DNA of 64,000 bases from Thermoanaerobaculia bacterium (GTDB lineage: Bacteria > Acidobacteriota > Thermoanaerobaculia > UBA5066). Made by a program: the position numbers and the translations under genes. Position 1 is the stretch's first letter. The number at the start of each line of letters is the position of its first letter. Below the pieces are notes generated by a model. The model saw nothing but the letters and a program-made list of their open reading frames with translations. It searched no databases and was not told where the DNA came from. The DNA lies in assembly GCA_963816185.1 (NCBI GenBank), contig CAWFJJ010000024.1, positions 352,001-416,000 on the forward strand, in the 5' to 3' direction. This document shows, piece by piece, positions 20,164 through 29,473 of this stretch.

Positions 20164-21078
20164 ATGGGAACCGTCGAGACGCCGAAGACGCCCGTGAAGG
20201 CCGCGCCGCGGATCGCGCCGGCGTCGGCCGCCCCCACGGTGCAGGAGGGCATCACCGACGCGGCTCGCTCGGTCGCGAAGGGACTGGTCCTCGACAGGAG
20301 CCCGTACCTCAAGATGGCATTTACGAATCCCTACAACCTGTCGCTCTTCGGCGGAGCGCTCGCGGCCGCGGGTCTCACGTTGAATCCCGTCCTCGCCGTC
20401 GTGGCACTGGGCCTCGAGGGTCTGTGGCTCCTCCACGCCCCCGACAGCAGCCGGCTCAAGCATCTCCTCTGGGACCCGAGGTTCGAGAAGCTGCAGAAGG
20501 CCATGCGTGCAGAGGAGCGTGCCCAGCGCCTCGCCACAGTGGGCGAGGACGAGCGCCGGCGCGTCAACACGCTCGTGGCGCGTCAGGAGGAGATCCGGCG
20601 CCTCGCGGCGCAGAACCCGTCCTTCACGGGAGACCTCCTGAGAAACGAGCTCGTGAAAACCGACCGGCTCGTGGACGCCTTCGTGGAGATGGCCGTGACC
20701 TGCGCGCGGTACGAGGCTTACCTCGGATCGATCGACACAGATGCGCTGGAGAAGGATCGGCGAAGGTACGAGCTGGCGGCCAAGGGAGGGGATCCCTCGT
20801 ATCCGCAGACCACGATCGCGAAGAAGAACCTCTCGATCGTCGGACGCCGGCTCGAGAAGGTCCAGGAGATCCGGAGCTATCTGAGCGTGGCGAAAGGCCA
20901 GCTCGACCTCATCGAGAACTCGTTCCAGCTCATCGCGGACCAGATCGTCACGATGCAGTCGCCTCAGGAGCTCTCGGGCCAGCTCGACGAGCTGCTGGAC
21001 GGCGTGGAGGCCATCCGGCAGACGGCGCAGGACACCGAGAAGATCCTGAGCGGCATGGGCATCGAGCGGGAGATGTGA
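20164..21078 (+). CDS. Membrane-anchored coiled-coil hypothetical protein
   Basis: Hydrophobic hairpin (NLSLFGGALAAAGLTLNPVLAVVALGLEGLWLL) followed by long heptad-rich helical region. Confidence 0.75.
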   Translation: MGTVETPKTPVKAAPRIAPASAAPTVQEGITDAARSVAKGLVLDRSPYLKMAFTNPYNLSLFGGALAAAGLTLNPVLAVVALGLEGLWLLHAPDSSRLKHLLWDPRFEKLQKAMRAEERAQRLATVGEDERRRVNTLVARQEEIRRLAAQNPSFTGDLLRNELVKTDRLVDAFVEMAVTCARYEAYLGSIDTDALEKDRRRYELAAKGGDPSYPQTTIAKKNLSIVGRRLEKVQEIRSYLSVAKGQLDLIENSFQLIADQIVTMQSPQELSGQLDELLDGVEAIRQTAQDTEKILSGMGIEREM

Positions 21079-22805
21079 CGTTGGCGGGGCCCCCGGCCGC
21101 CCGCGCCGAGACTCGGACCCTCCCCGGCTGGGCGGACGACCTCCGCCGCCGGTACCTGAGGAACGAAGCCTCGATGTTCGTCCTGCACGGAAACGTGTAC
21201 GACGTCGTCCTCTGCGGCGGGAAGATGATGTCGCTATCGGATTTTCTGACGGGCGTTCTCCTGAAGGACACGAAGGACACGGTCCTCCTCTACAACGTCG
21301 CGACAGGCGTGCGGTTCACGAAGCGCGGCCCTCTCGCCGACGCGCTCGAGGACCTCGCGGGCACGCCACAGAAAGACCGCGTTCTGCCGGCGCTGGAGAA
21401 GCTTCTCTCGGCGTCGAACAGGACCGCCGTCGTCCTCGAATACGCCGAGGCGCTCGCGCCCACCGGCGATCCCGCGTTCCAGGGCGACTCGGACCGCGCG
21501 GCGCTCGTGACGCTCCATCGCTGGTCGTTTCTGCCCGAGATCGAGAAGGGCGACAACGTGGTCCTCCTCGTGGCCGAGAACCTTACGGACCTGTCGCCGA
21601 AGCTCCTCTCGAACCCGAAGGTGGCCGTCGTCGAGATCCCGATGCCGGACGCGCCCACGCGCAGGGCGGCCGCGAAGCTTGCGGACCCGGACCTTTCCGA
21701 CCGCGACGCGGGCCGGTACGGAGACGTCACAGCAGGACTGAAGTCGATCCAGATCGCCACACTCATCAGCCCCGGGATGGGCGACGCGGCGCGCACGGAA
21801 GCGGACCAGCTCATCGCCGAGAGAAAACGCGAGATCCTCGAGCGCGAGTGCTTCGGGCTCGTGGAGTTCGTCGTTCCAGAGCACGGCTTCGAAGTGGTCG
21901 GCGGCATGGACGAGGTGAAGAAGGACCTCCTGCTCATCGCCGAGAGCATCCGCGAGGGGCGGACGAGCCGCGTGCCGATGGGCATCCTCTTCACCGGCCC
22001 GATGGGCACGGGCAAGACGTTCGTGGCCGAGGCTTTCGCGAAGGAGTGCGGGCTGACCACGATCAAGCTGAAGAACTTCCGCAGCAAGTGGGTGGGTGCC
22101 ACGGAGGGCAACCTCGAGAAGATCCTGAACGTCGTCAAGGCCATCGGCCAGGTCGTCGTCATCATCGACGAAGGCGACCGTGCGTTCGGGTCCGGAGAAG
22201 GGGAGTCGGACGGGGGGACATCCTCGCGGGTCATCGCGCGCATCAAGGAGTTCATGTCCGACACGTCCAACCGCGGACGCATCCTCTTTCTCGTCATGAC
22301 AAACCGCCCCGACAAGCTGGATGTGGATCTCAAGCGCGCGGGACGGCTCGACAAGAAGATTCCGTTCCTCTACTCGCAGTCGCCCGAGGAAGTGGAGAAT
22401 GTCGCGCGCGCGCAGGTGAAGAAGAATCAGATCAAGACGAAAGTCGACTTCACCGCGATCCGCGACGACTTCTCGAAAAAGCTCGTGGGTTACTCGAATG
22501 CGGACGTCGAGGCGGTCATCCTGATGGCGAACGACGACGCCGCCCGGGAGGCAGGGGACGCGGGAGCTTCGGATGGGCCCCTGCGGCAAGGCGGCGACGC
22601 CGAGGTCGAGGCACGGCACCTCGTGAACGCCGCCCGCGACTACTTCCCGAGCCGCGACGTCGAGCTGCTGGAATACATGGAATTGCTGGCCGTCTTCGAA
22701 TCCTCGAGTCGCCGCCTCCTGCCCGTCAAGTACGCGACCATGACGCCGGAGGAGCTGGACGCCAGGCTGCGGCTGCTCCGGGCGACGGTCGGGGGAAGAA
22801 GGTAG
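21075..22805 (+). CDS. Classical-clade AAA+ ATPase with degenerate N-terminal AAA-like domain (Ycf46/Vps4/Cdc48-related)
   Basis: In-frame GTG overlaps previous stop (ATGTGA); VGGMDEVK, Walker A GPMGTGKT, pore loop SKWVGATE, Walker [29 protein letters not shown]. Confidence 0.9.
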   Translation: MTLAGPPAARAETRTLPGWADDLRRRYLRNEASMFVLHGNVYDVVLCGGKMMSLSDFLTGVLLKDTKDTVLLYNVATGVRFTKRGPLADALEDLAGTPQKDRVLPALEKLLSASNRTAVVLEYAEALAPTGDPAFQGDSDRAALVTLHRWSFLPEIEKGDNVVLLVAENLTDLSPKLLSNPKVAVVEIPMPDAPTRRAAAKLADPDLSDRDAGRYGDVTAGLKSIQIATLISPGMGDAARTEADQLIAERKREILERECFGLVEFVVPEHGFEVVGGMDEVKKDLLLIAESIREGRTSRVPMGILFTGPMGTGKTFVAEAFAKECGLTTIKLKNFRSKWVGATEGNLEKILNVVKAIGQVVVIIDEGDRAFGSGEGESDGGTSSRVIARIKEFMSDTSNRGRILFLVMTNRPDKLDVDLKRAGRLDKKIPFLYSQSPEEVENVARAQVKKNQIKTKVDFTAIRDDFSKKLVGYSNADVEAVILMANDDAAREAGDAGASDGPLRQGGDAEVEARHLVNAARDYFPSRDVELLEYMELLAVFESSSRRLLPVKYATMTPEELDARLRLLRATVGGRR

Positions 22806-22806
22806 C

Positions 22807-23367
22807 TTGAGACGCCGGGTTGCCGGCGCGCTCATCGCCGCCCTGTTCGCTCAGGGATGCTCGAGCGGGCAAACGACCGAGAAGCGCGCATTTCTCGCTG
22901 CGGGACTCGCCCTCCAAAGGGAGGCGCCCGAGCCGACGTTCGACGACTTGAGAACCGAGCTCGATCTCTACCTGAACGACGAGCTGCAGGACCTGAAGGA
23001 CCGGGCCAAGCTCCAGGAGGGGAAGGAGCTGGGCCGCTACCGGGCGATCGCCCTGATCGGCTCGGGCGCGGCGGTCCTCGCGATCTCGTCGGGTTCTCTC
23101 AACAATCCGGGGAACCGCGGCTTCCAGTACAGCCTCGGCTCCGTGAGCGCGGCCGTGGCCCTCGCCGGCTACGGGCTCTATCTCGTCCGCGCGGGCGAGA
23201 TGAAGGAATGCCGCGAGTTCCTGGATCGCGGCGGGCAGGATCTCTCGTCCTGGGGGCGCCTCCACCTCGTGCCCTCGAAGGGAAAGGTGCCTCGTGCGCT
23301 CTGGCTCGACTACGTGGACCAGGTCGGCGCCCTGCGCGCCCACGAATCCTGCCTGCGGATCCGTTAG
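22807..23367 (+). CDS. Hypothetical lipoprotein with hydrophobic hairpin
   Basis: Lipobox-like FAQG-C after basic and hydrophobic leader; starts 1 nt after ATPase stop. Confidence 0.6.
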   Translation: MRRRVAGALIAALFAQGCSSGQTTEKRAFLAAGLALQREAPEPTFDDLRTELDLYLNDELQDLKDRAKLQEGKELGRYRAIALIGSGAAVLAISSGSLNNPGNRGFQYSLGSVSAAVALAGYGLYLVRAGEMKECREFLDRGGQDLSSWGRLHLVPSKGKVPRALWLDYVDQVGALRAHESCLRIR

Positions 23368-23422
23368 CCGCGTGCCGCAAAAGACGGCTGGAACGCTTCT
23401 TGCGCTGGCTCGTGAGGCGTCG

Positions 23423-23440
23423 ATCCGGCCGGGGCCGGAT
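23423..23440. other. Short GC hairpin ATCCGGCC-GG-GGCCGGAT followed by TTT (possible terminator)
   Basis: Perfect 8-bp inverted repeat between the operon end and the next RBS. Confidence 0.35.
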
Positions 23441-23455
23441 TTTCAAAGGAGAGCC

Positions 23456-25564
23456 ATGCGAATCACCCTTTCTCGTTATGCCCTCGCGATTTCTCTGGCG
23501 CTGGCGTCCGCATCAGCCTCTGTCCTGTTTGCGCAACAGGACCCGAATTCGGAGGGTTCCCCAGACGATCAGGGGTTCCAACAGACGGTCGCGCGCGTCT
23601 CGTCGGTCATGGGCGACGCGACTTTTCAAAGGGGCGACGACCCGGATCATTGGCAGGCTTTGGCCGCCAACATCCCCCTGACCATCGGGGACCGGCTCTA
23701 CTCTTCGGAGGCGGGCCGCGTCGAGCTCGAGGCGCCGGGGCTGCACGCGTTCGTGGCTCCGGGCACGGAGCTGTCCGTCCTGAACCTCACGGAAGACGTG
23801 CAGCAGTACTCGATCGCCGAGGGCACGGCCACGTTCCGGGTGTCACACATGGATGACGAAGATGTCTTCGAGATCGACACGCCGAACGCCGCCGTCACGC
23901 TGGAAGCCACCGGCCTGTATCGCGTCTACGTCGACGCGGACGGAAACACGCGGGTTTGGGTGAGACGCGGGGAGGCGCGCGTGTCGGCGGGCGGTGGGGA
24001 GGTCGCCCTCCGCACGGGTGAGGCGATGCACATCGACGGCATCGACTCGCCCGAGTACGACGTCTTCGCGCTTCCTCTGGCCGATTCGTGGGACCGCTGG
24101 GTGGACTCGCGCGAGCGCCGGCGTCACACCGTCGTGTCGTACGACTACGCGAGTGAAGACATCGTCGGCGTGTCGGACCTCGATTCCTACGGTCGCTGGG
24201 AGGAGACGCCCGGATACGGCAACGTCTGGTTTCCGGCAAACGTCGCGTCGGACTGGGCGCCCTACAGGGCCGGCCGCTGGATCTGGCAGGACCCCTGGGG
24301 CTGGACGTGGGTGTCCTCCGAACCGTGGGGGTGGGCCCCCTATCATTACGGCCGTTGGGTCGTGTTCTCCTCGCGGTGGTGCTGGGTGCCCGTCGCTCCT
24401 CGCGTGAGGCACGTCGCATACGCTCCTGCGCTTGTCGCGTTCGTCGGCGGAGGGCCGGGCTGGTCGGCTTCGGTCTCGGTCGGCGGCGGAGGGTTCGTCG
24501 GCTGGTTCCCTCTCGGACCGCGCGACCCTGTTAACCCCTGGTGGGGAGCGCGCGCTCGCACGCAGGTCTCCGTCACGAACGTCACGTACGTGAACCGTTC
24601 ATACGTCACCGTCGTCAGCCGCGACGCATTCGTGAACGCGCGGCCGGCGAACGCGGCCCTCGTGCGTGACAGCAGCGTCATCCGGCAGGCCGCGCAGCAA
24701 CCCGTGCTGCGCGGACCGATGCCGGTGCTTCCCACGGCCCAGTCGATTCGAGGACCGTCGACGGAGCGCGTCGGCGCGAAGCCGTCTCAGCGCATCCTCG
24801 AGCGCCCCGTCGCCGCTCGCCTCGCGCCGCCCCCGGCGCCTCCCGCTTTCTCGGAGAAGATCGGCGCGATTCGCGAGAACCGCGGCGCCCCCATGACTCC
24901 GTCCGCGGCGGCCAAAATCGTCACGCAGTCGCCGCAGGGCGCACGCGCGGCCGTCCCGATTCGTCCCGTCGCCCGGGAGAGCGGCCACGTGGACCTCGCG
25001 CCCCGCCGGGAGGCGGTCGGCGCGCCGCCCCCGGATCCCATTCGCACCGGCAGCCGCGCGATTGCATCGCCGCAGGCTCCGTTCATCTCGCATCCATCAG
25101 GCTCGCGCGAGAACGCTCAGGCGATGCGCATCGCGCCGGGCGCGGTGACGACTCCTTTGGCGAAGCCGACGCCGTTTGCCCAACCGGTGATTCCTGCCCA
25201 ACCGCCGTCGCCTGCCCGCAGGCTGGAGAACCAACCCGGCCGGCCGGTCGTGATCTCCCCTCCGGCTCGCCCGACTCCCGTCACGCAGCCGGCGCCAAGA
25301 AGCATCGAGCAGAATCGGCCGCCTCAGGTCGAGCAGGTCCACCCGGTGCCTCAGATCGAGCGGGGCCGGGCGCCTCAAGTCGAGCAGCCCCGCCCGGCGC
25401 CCCAGGTCGAGCGGGCCCCCCAGCCGGAGAGGCGCGAGTTCAGCCGGGCTCCGCGCCGCGTGGCGCCCGCCGGACCCGATCCCTTGGCCGCGCACGGGCG
25501 CGCCGCGGACAAGAAGGCGACGGACGAAAAAGGTCAGAAGGGCGACAAGAACGAGAAGAAGTAG
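23456..25564 (+). CDS. Secreted FecR-domain / DUF6600-type protein with Pro-rich C-terminal tail
   Basis: AAGGAG RBS; signal peptide; ARVS...GDRL...FEIDTPNAA; DLDSYGRW, WAPYRAGRW...WGWTWVSSEPWGWAPYHYGRW. Confidence 0.8.
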   Translation: MRITLSRYALAISLALASASASVLFAQQDPNSEGSPDDQGFQQTVARVSSVMGDATFQRGDDPDHWQALAANIPLTIGDRLYSSEAGRVELEAPGLHAFVAPGTELSVLNLTEDVQQYSIAEGTATFRVSHMDDEDVFEIDTPNAAVTLEATGLYRVYVDADGNTRVWVRRGEARVSAGGGEVALRTGEAMHIDGIDSPEYDVFALPLADSWDRWVDSRERRRHTVVSYDYASEDIVGVSDLDSYGRWEETPGYGNVWFPANVASDWAPYRAGRWIWQDPWGWTWVSSEPWGWAPYHYGRWVVFSSRWCWVPVAPRVRHVAYAPALVAFVGGGPGWSASVSVGGGGFVGWFPLGPRDPVNPWWGARARTQVSVTNVTYVNRSYVTVVSRDAFVNARPANAALVRDSSVIRQAAQQPVLRGPMPVLPTAQSIRGPSTERVGAKPSQRILERPVAARLAPPPAPPAFSEKIGAIRENRGAPMTPSAAAKIVTQSPQGARAAVPIRPVARESGHVDLAPRREAVGAPPPDPIRTGSRAIASPQAPFISHPSGSRENAQAMRIAPGAVTTPLAKPTPFAQPVIPAQPPSPARRLENQPGRPVVISPPARPTPVTQPAPRSIEQNRPPQVEQVHPVPQIERGRAPQVEQPRPAPQVERAPQPERREFSRAPRRVAPAGPDPLAAHGRAADKKATDEKGQKGDKNEKK

Positions 25565-25632
25565 AAGAAGTAGAAGACGTCTCAGAGGGTTCTGAGAACG
25601 CTTCTTGACGGGGAAGCAGACACCGTCCTTCC

Positions 25633-26684
<1,052 letters not shown>

Positions 26685-26688
<4 letters not shown>

Positions 26689-28586
26689 GCGACGAGCCCT
26701 CCCTTCTGCGCGTCCCCCCGTCCGGCGCGGGACGCGGGGGCTTCGTTAAGGACCCCGTCGATCACGGTCGTCGCGTCGAGGGGAAGCCCGTTGTACTGGC
26801 GGATGGAGACGAAGCGCGTCGCGAGCTCGGGTAGCTCGTCGCGAAGAATGGTGACGAGCTGTCCGTCGCGGTTCTGCTCGACGACGTAGATCCGGTCGTG
26901 ACGCCGCATCCAGCTCACGGCTTCGTCCGCGAGCGGCAGAGACTTGAGGCGGCAGTAGTCGAGGGGCACTCCGAAAGTCGTCGCCAGCTTGTCGCGTGCC
27001 TCCGTGGCTCCGTAATGCGACGTGCCGTAGGCGAGGAGACCCGCACGCGCGCCGGGCCGGTCCTCGAACACGGGCTTCGGCACCATCGCGCGCGCGGTCT
27101 CGAACTTCCTCACGAGGCGATCCACGTTGTGGACGTAGTCCTGGGGCTTCTCCGAGTACTGCGCTCGTTCATCGTGTCCGGAGCCGCGCGTGAAGTACGC
27201 GGCGTATGCGTTCGGGGTGCCGGGGAGCGTCCGGTACGGGATGCCGTCGCCGTCCACGTCCTTATAGCGGCCCCAGGTGTTCTTGACCTTCTCGATGGCC
27301 GCGGCGTCGAGCACTTTTCCGCGGTGGTGGGGCTCCGTCGGATACGGAAACGGGTCCGCCATCCAGTTGTTCATGCCGAGGTCGAGGTCCGACATCACGA
27401 ACACCGGCGTTTGGAGCTGCTCGGCAAGGTCGAAAGCCTGTTGGGCCATCGTGAAGCACTCCTCGGGCGAGGCGGGGAAGAGCAGGGGGTGCTTCGCGTC
27501 GCCGTGCGAGCTGAAATAGCAGAGAAGGAGATCGCCCTGCATCGTGCGGGTCGGGAGGCCGGTGGAAGGACCGGTGCGCTGGATGTCGAAGACGACGGCG
27601 GGGATCTCGGCGTAGTAGCCGAGCCCGATGGTCTCCGACATGAGCGAGATGCCGGGGCCGGACGTGGACGTGAACGAGCGCGCGCCAGCCCACCCCGCGC
27701 CGAGTACCATGCCGATCGAGGCGATCTCGTCCTCCGCCTGGATGACGGCGACGTTCTTCTTCTTCGTGGCGGGATCGACGCGCAGGTCGTCGCAGAAGTC
27801 GATGAAAGCCTCGCAAAGGGAGGACGACGGCGTGATGGGGTACCACGCGCAAACGGTGGCGCCGCCGAAGACGCAGCCGAGGGCGGATGCCACGTTCCCC
27901 TCGATGATGACTTTCCCCTCCGTGGCGTTCATCCGCTCGACGCGGAACGGGATCTTGGCCGGGAAGCTCTTCGCGGCGTACTCGAGCCCCACCTTCACGG
28001 CGTTCACGTTGAGGTCCACGGCTTTGGGCTTCCCCTTGAGCTGCCTCGCGATGGCCTTCTCGATCTCGGCGGGGTCGATTCCCATGAGCTCGGCCACGAC
28101 GCCCACGTAGATCATGTTCACGATGAGCTTGCGGAGCTTCGCGTGCTCGGGCGCGGAGGTGATCTTGAGGACGAGCTCCGAGAACGGGACCGCGTAGTAC
28201 GTGACGTCGTCGCGCCTCTTCCCCGGGTTCTCGAGCCCAAGCTTCTTTTCGTAGACGACGTACGCGCCCGCGCGCACGTCGCGGACGTCCTCGTCCGCCG
28301 TCTCGGGATTCATGCACACGAGGACGTCGAGGTCGCGCTTGCGCGCGATGTAGCCGTCCTTGTTCGCGCGAATCGTGAACCAGGTGGGCAGACCCTGGAT
28401 GTTCGAGGGAAAGAGGTTCTTCCCGGAGACGGGGACGCCCATGCGGAAGATGGACCGCATGAGGACGCTGTTCGCCGTCTGCGAGCCCGACCCGTTGGCC
28501 GTGGCGACCTGCAGCGAGAAATCGTTGGCGACGACCTCGGTAGACGCGCCGGCGCGGGACGTAGTCTCGGTGAGAACGCTCGACAT
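26685..28586 (-). CDS. korA: 2-oxoacid:ferredoxin oxidoreductase alpha subunit (gamma-alpha fusion)
   Basis: NGSGSQTAN, FPSNIQGLPT, YPITPSS, QAEDEIAS, TSGPGISLM, QRTGPSTGLPT. Confidence 0.93.
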
Positions 28587-28693
28587 TCTGGTTTTTCCTC
28601 CGGGGCCGCGACCCTGCTGTGACCCTGGCGGGTCCGCGGCAAGATGAGACCTGATCTTAACTCCGCCCGGGCGCCCGTGGAAGAATCTCGAGC

Positions 28694-29473
28694 GTGCGCA
28701 TCGTCTCGCTCTGCCCGTCGATCACGGAGAGCCTCGTCGCGATGGCGCTCGCGGAGAGTCTCGCCGGCGTCACGCACTACTGCATCCACCCGCGCGAAGC
28801 GCTCAAGGGCATCCCACGGGTGGGCGGCACGAAGAACCCCGATCTCGCGGCGATCCGCGCCCTCGGACCCGACCTCGTCTTCTGCAACTCCGAGGAGAAC
28901 AGGGGAGAGGATATCGATCTGCTGAAGAGAGAGTTCCGGGTGGACGTCTCGCATCCGCGGACCGTTGCCGAGATTCCCGCCCTGCTGCGCCATCTCGGTG
29001 CCCTGACGGGACGGGAGAAGGAATCGGAAGAAATTTCTTTGAAAGTGGAAGAGGCTTTGGAGCGCGTCGAGGCGGAAACTCGGCATTGTGCGGGCGGCGT
29101 TTCGGGCGCGATGCAATCGTTTCGCTACGTCTATCTGATCTGGAAAGACCCCTGGATGACCGTCGGCCCCCGCACGTACATCGCGGATCTGCTCCGCTGC
29201 GTGGGAGGCTCTGTTTCATTCGAAGAATCTCCCGGCGCCGGTGCCTCCGACTATCCGGTGACGACCGAAGACGAGATCGTGGCGTCGCGTCCCGACGTCC
29301 TGATCCTTCCCGACGAGCCTTACCGCTTCCGCGAGCGCGACGCCGCGTTCTGGCGTGAGCGGCTGCCGGCCTCGACGCGCGTCGTCCTCGTGTCGGGCGA
29401 CGATTTCTGCTGGCACGGCGTGCGAACCCTGCGGGGCCTCGAGGCGGCGCGGAGGCTAACGGGACTTTCCTAG
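28694..29473 (+). CDS. Helical-backbone metal receptor / cobalamin-binding (BtuF-like) protein
   Basis: MRIVSLCPSITE, GVTHYCIHP, VGGTKNPD, NSEEN, IWKDPWMT, LPDEPYRF, WHGVRT. Confidence 0.85.
   Translation: MRIVSLCPSITESLVAMALAESLAGVTHYCIHPREALKGIPRVGGTKNPDLAAIRALGPDLVFCNSEENRGEDIDLLKREFRVDVSHPRTVAEIPALLRHLGALTGREKESEEISLKVEEALERVEAETRHCAGGVSGAMQSFRYVYLIWKDPWMTVGPRTYIADLLRCVGGSVSFEESPGAGASDYPVTTEDEIVASRPDVLILPDEPYRFRERDAAFWRERLPASTRVVLVSGDDFCWHGVRTLRGLEAARRLTGLS

Noticed and set aside
19647-21074. 1052-aa ORF suggesting a giant AAA fusion protein
   Set aside because: The first ~476 codons are an Arg/Gly-rich shadow frame over the ABC ATPase and 20164 genes; the real start is GTG 21075.
25579-25600. 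TCTCAGA-GGGT-TCTGAGA hairpin as a terminator
   Set aside because: Short stem with no U-tract; it may equally be a motif variant, so it is left unassigned.
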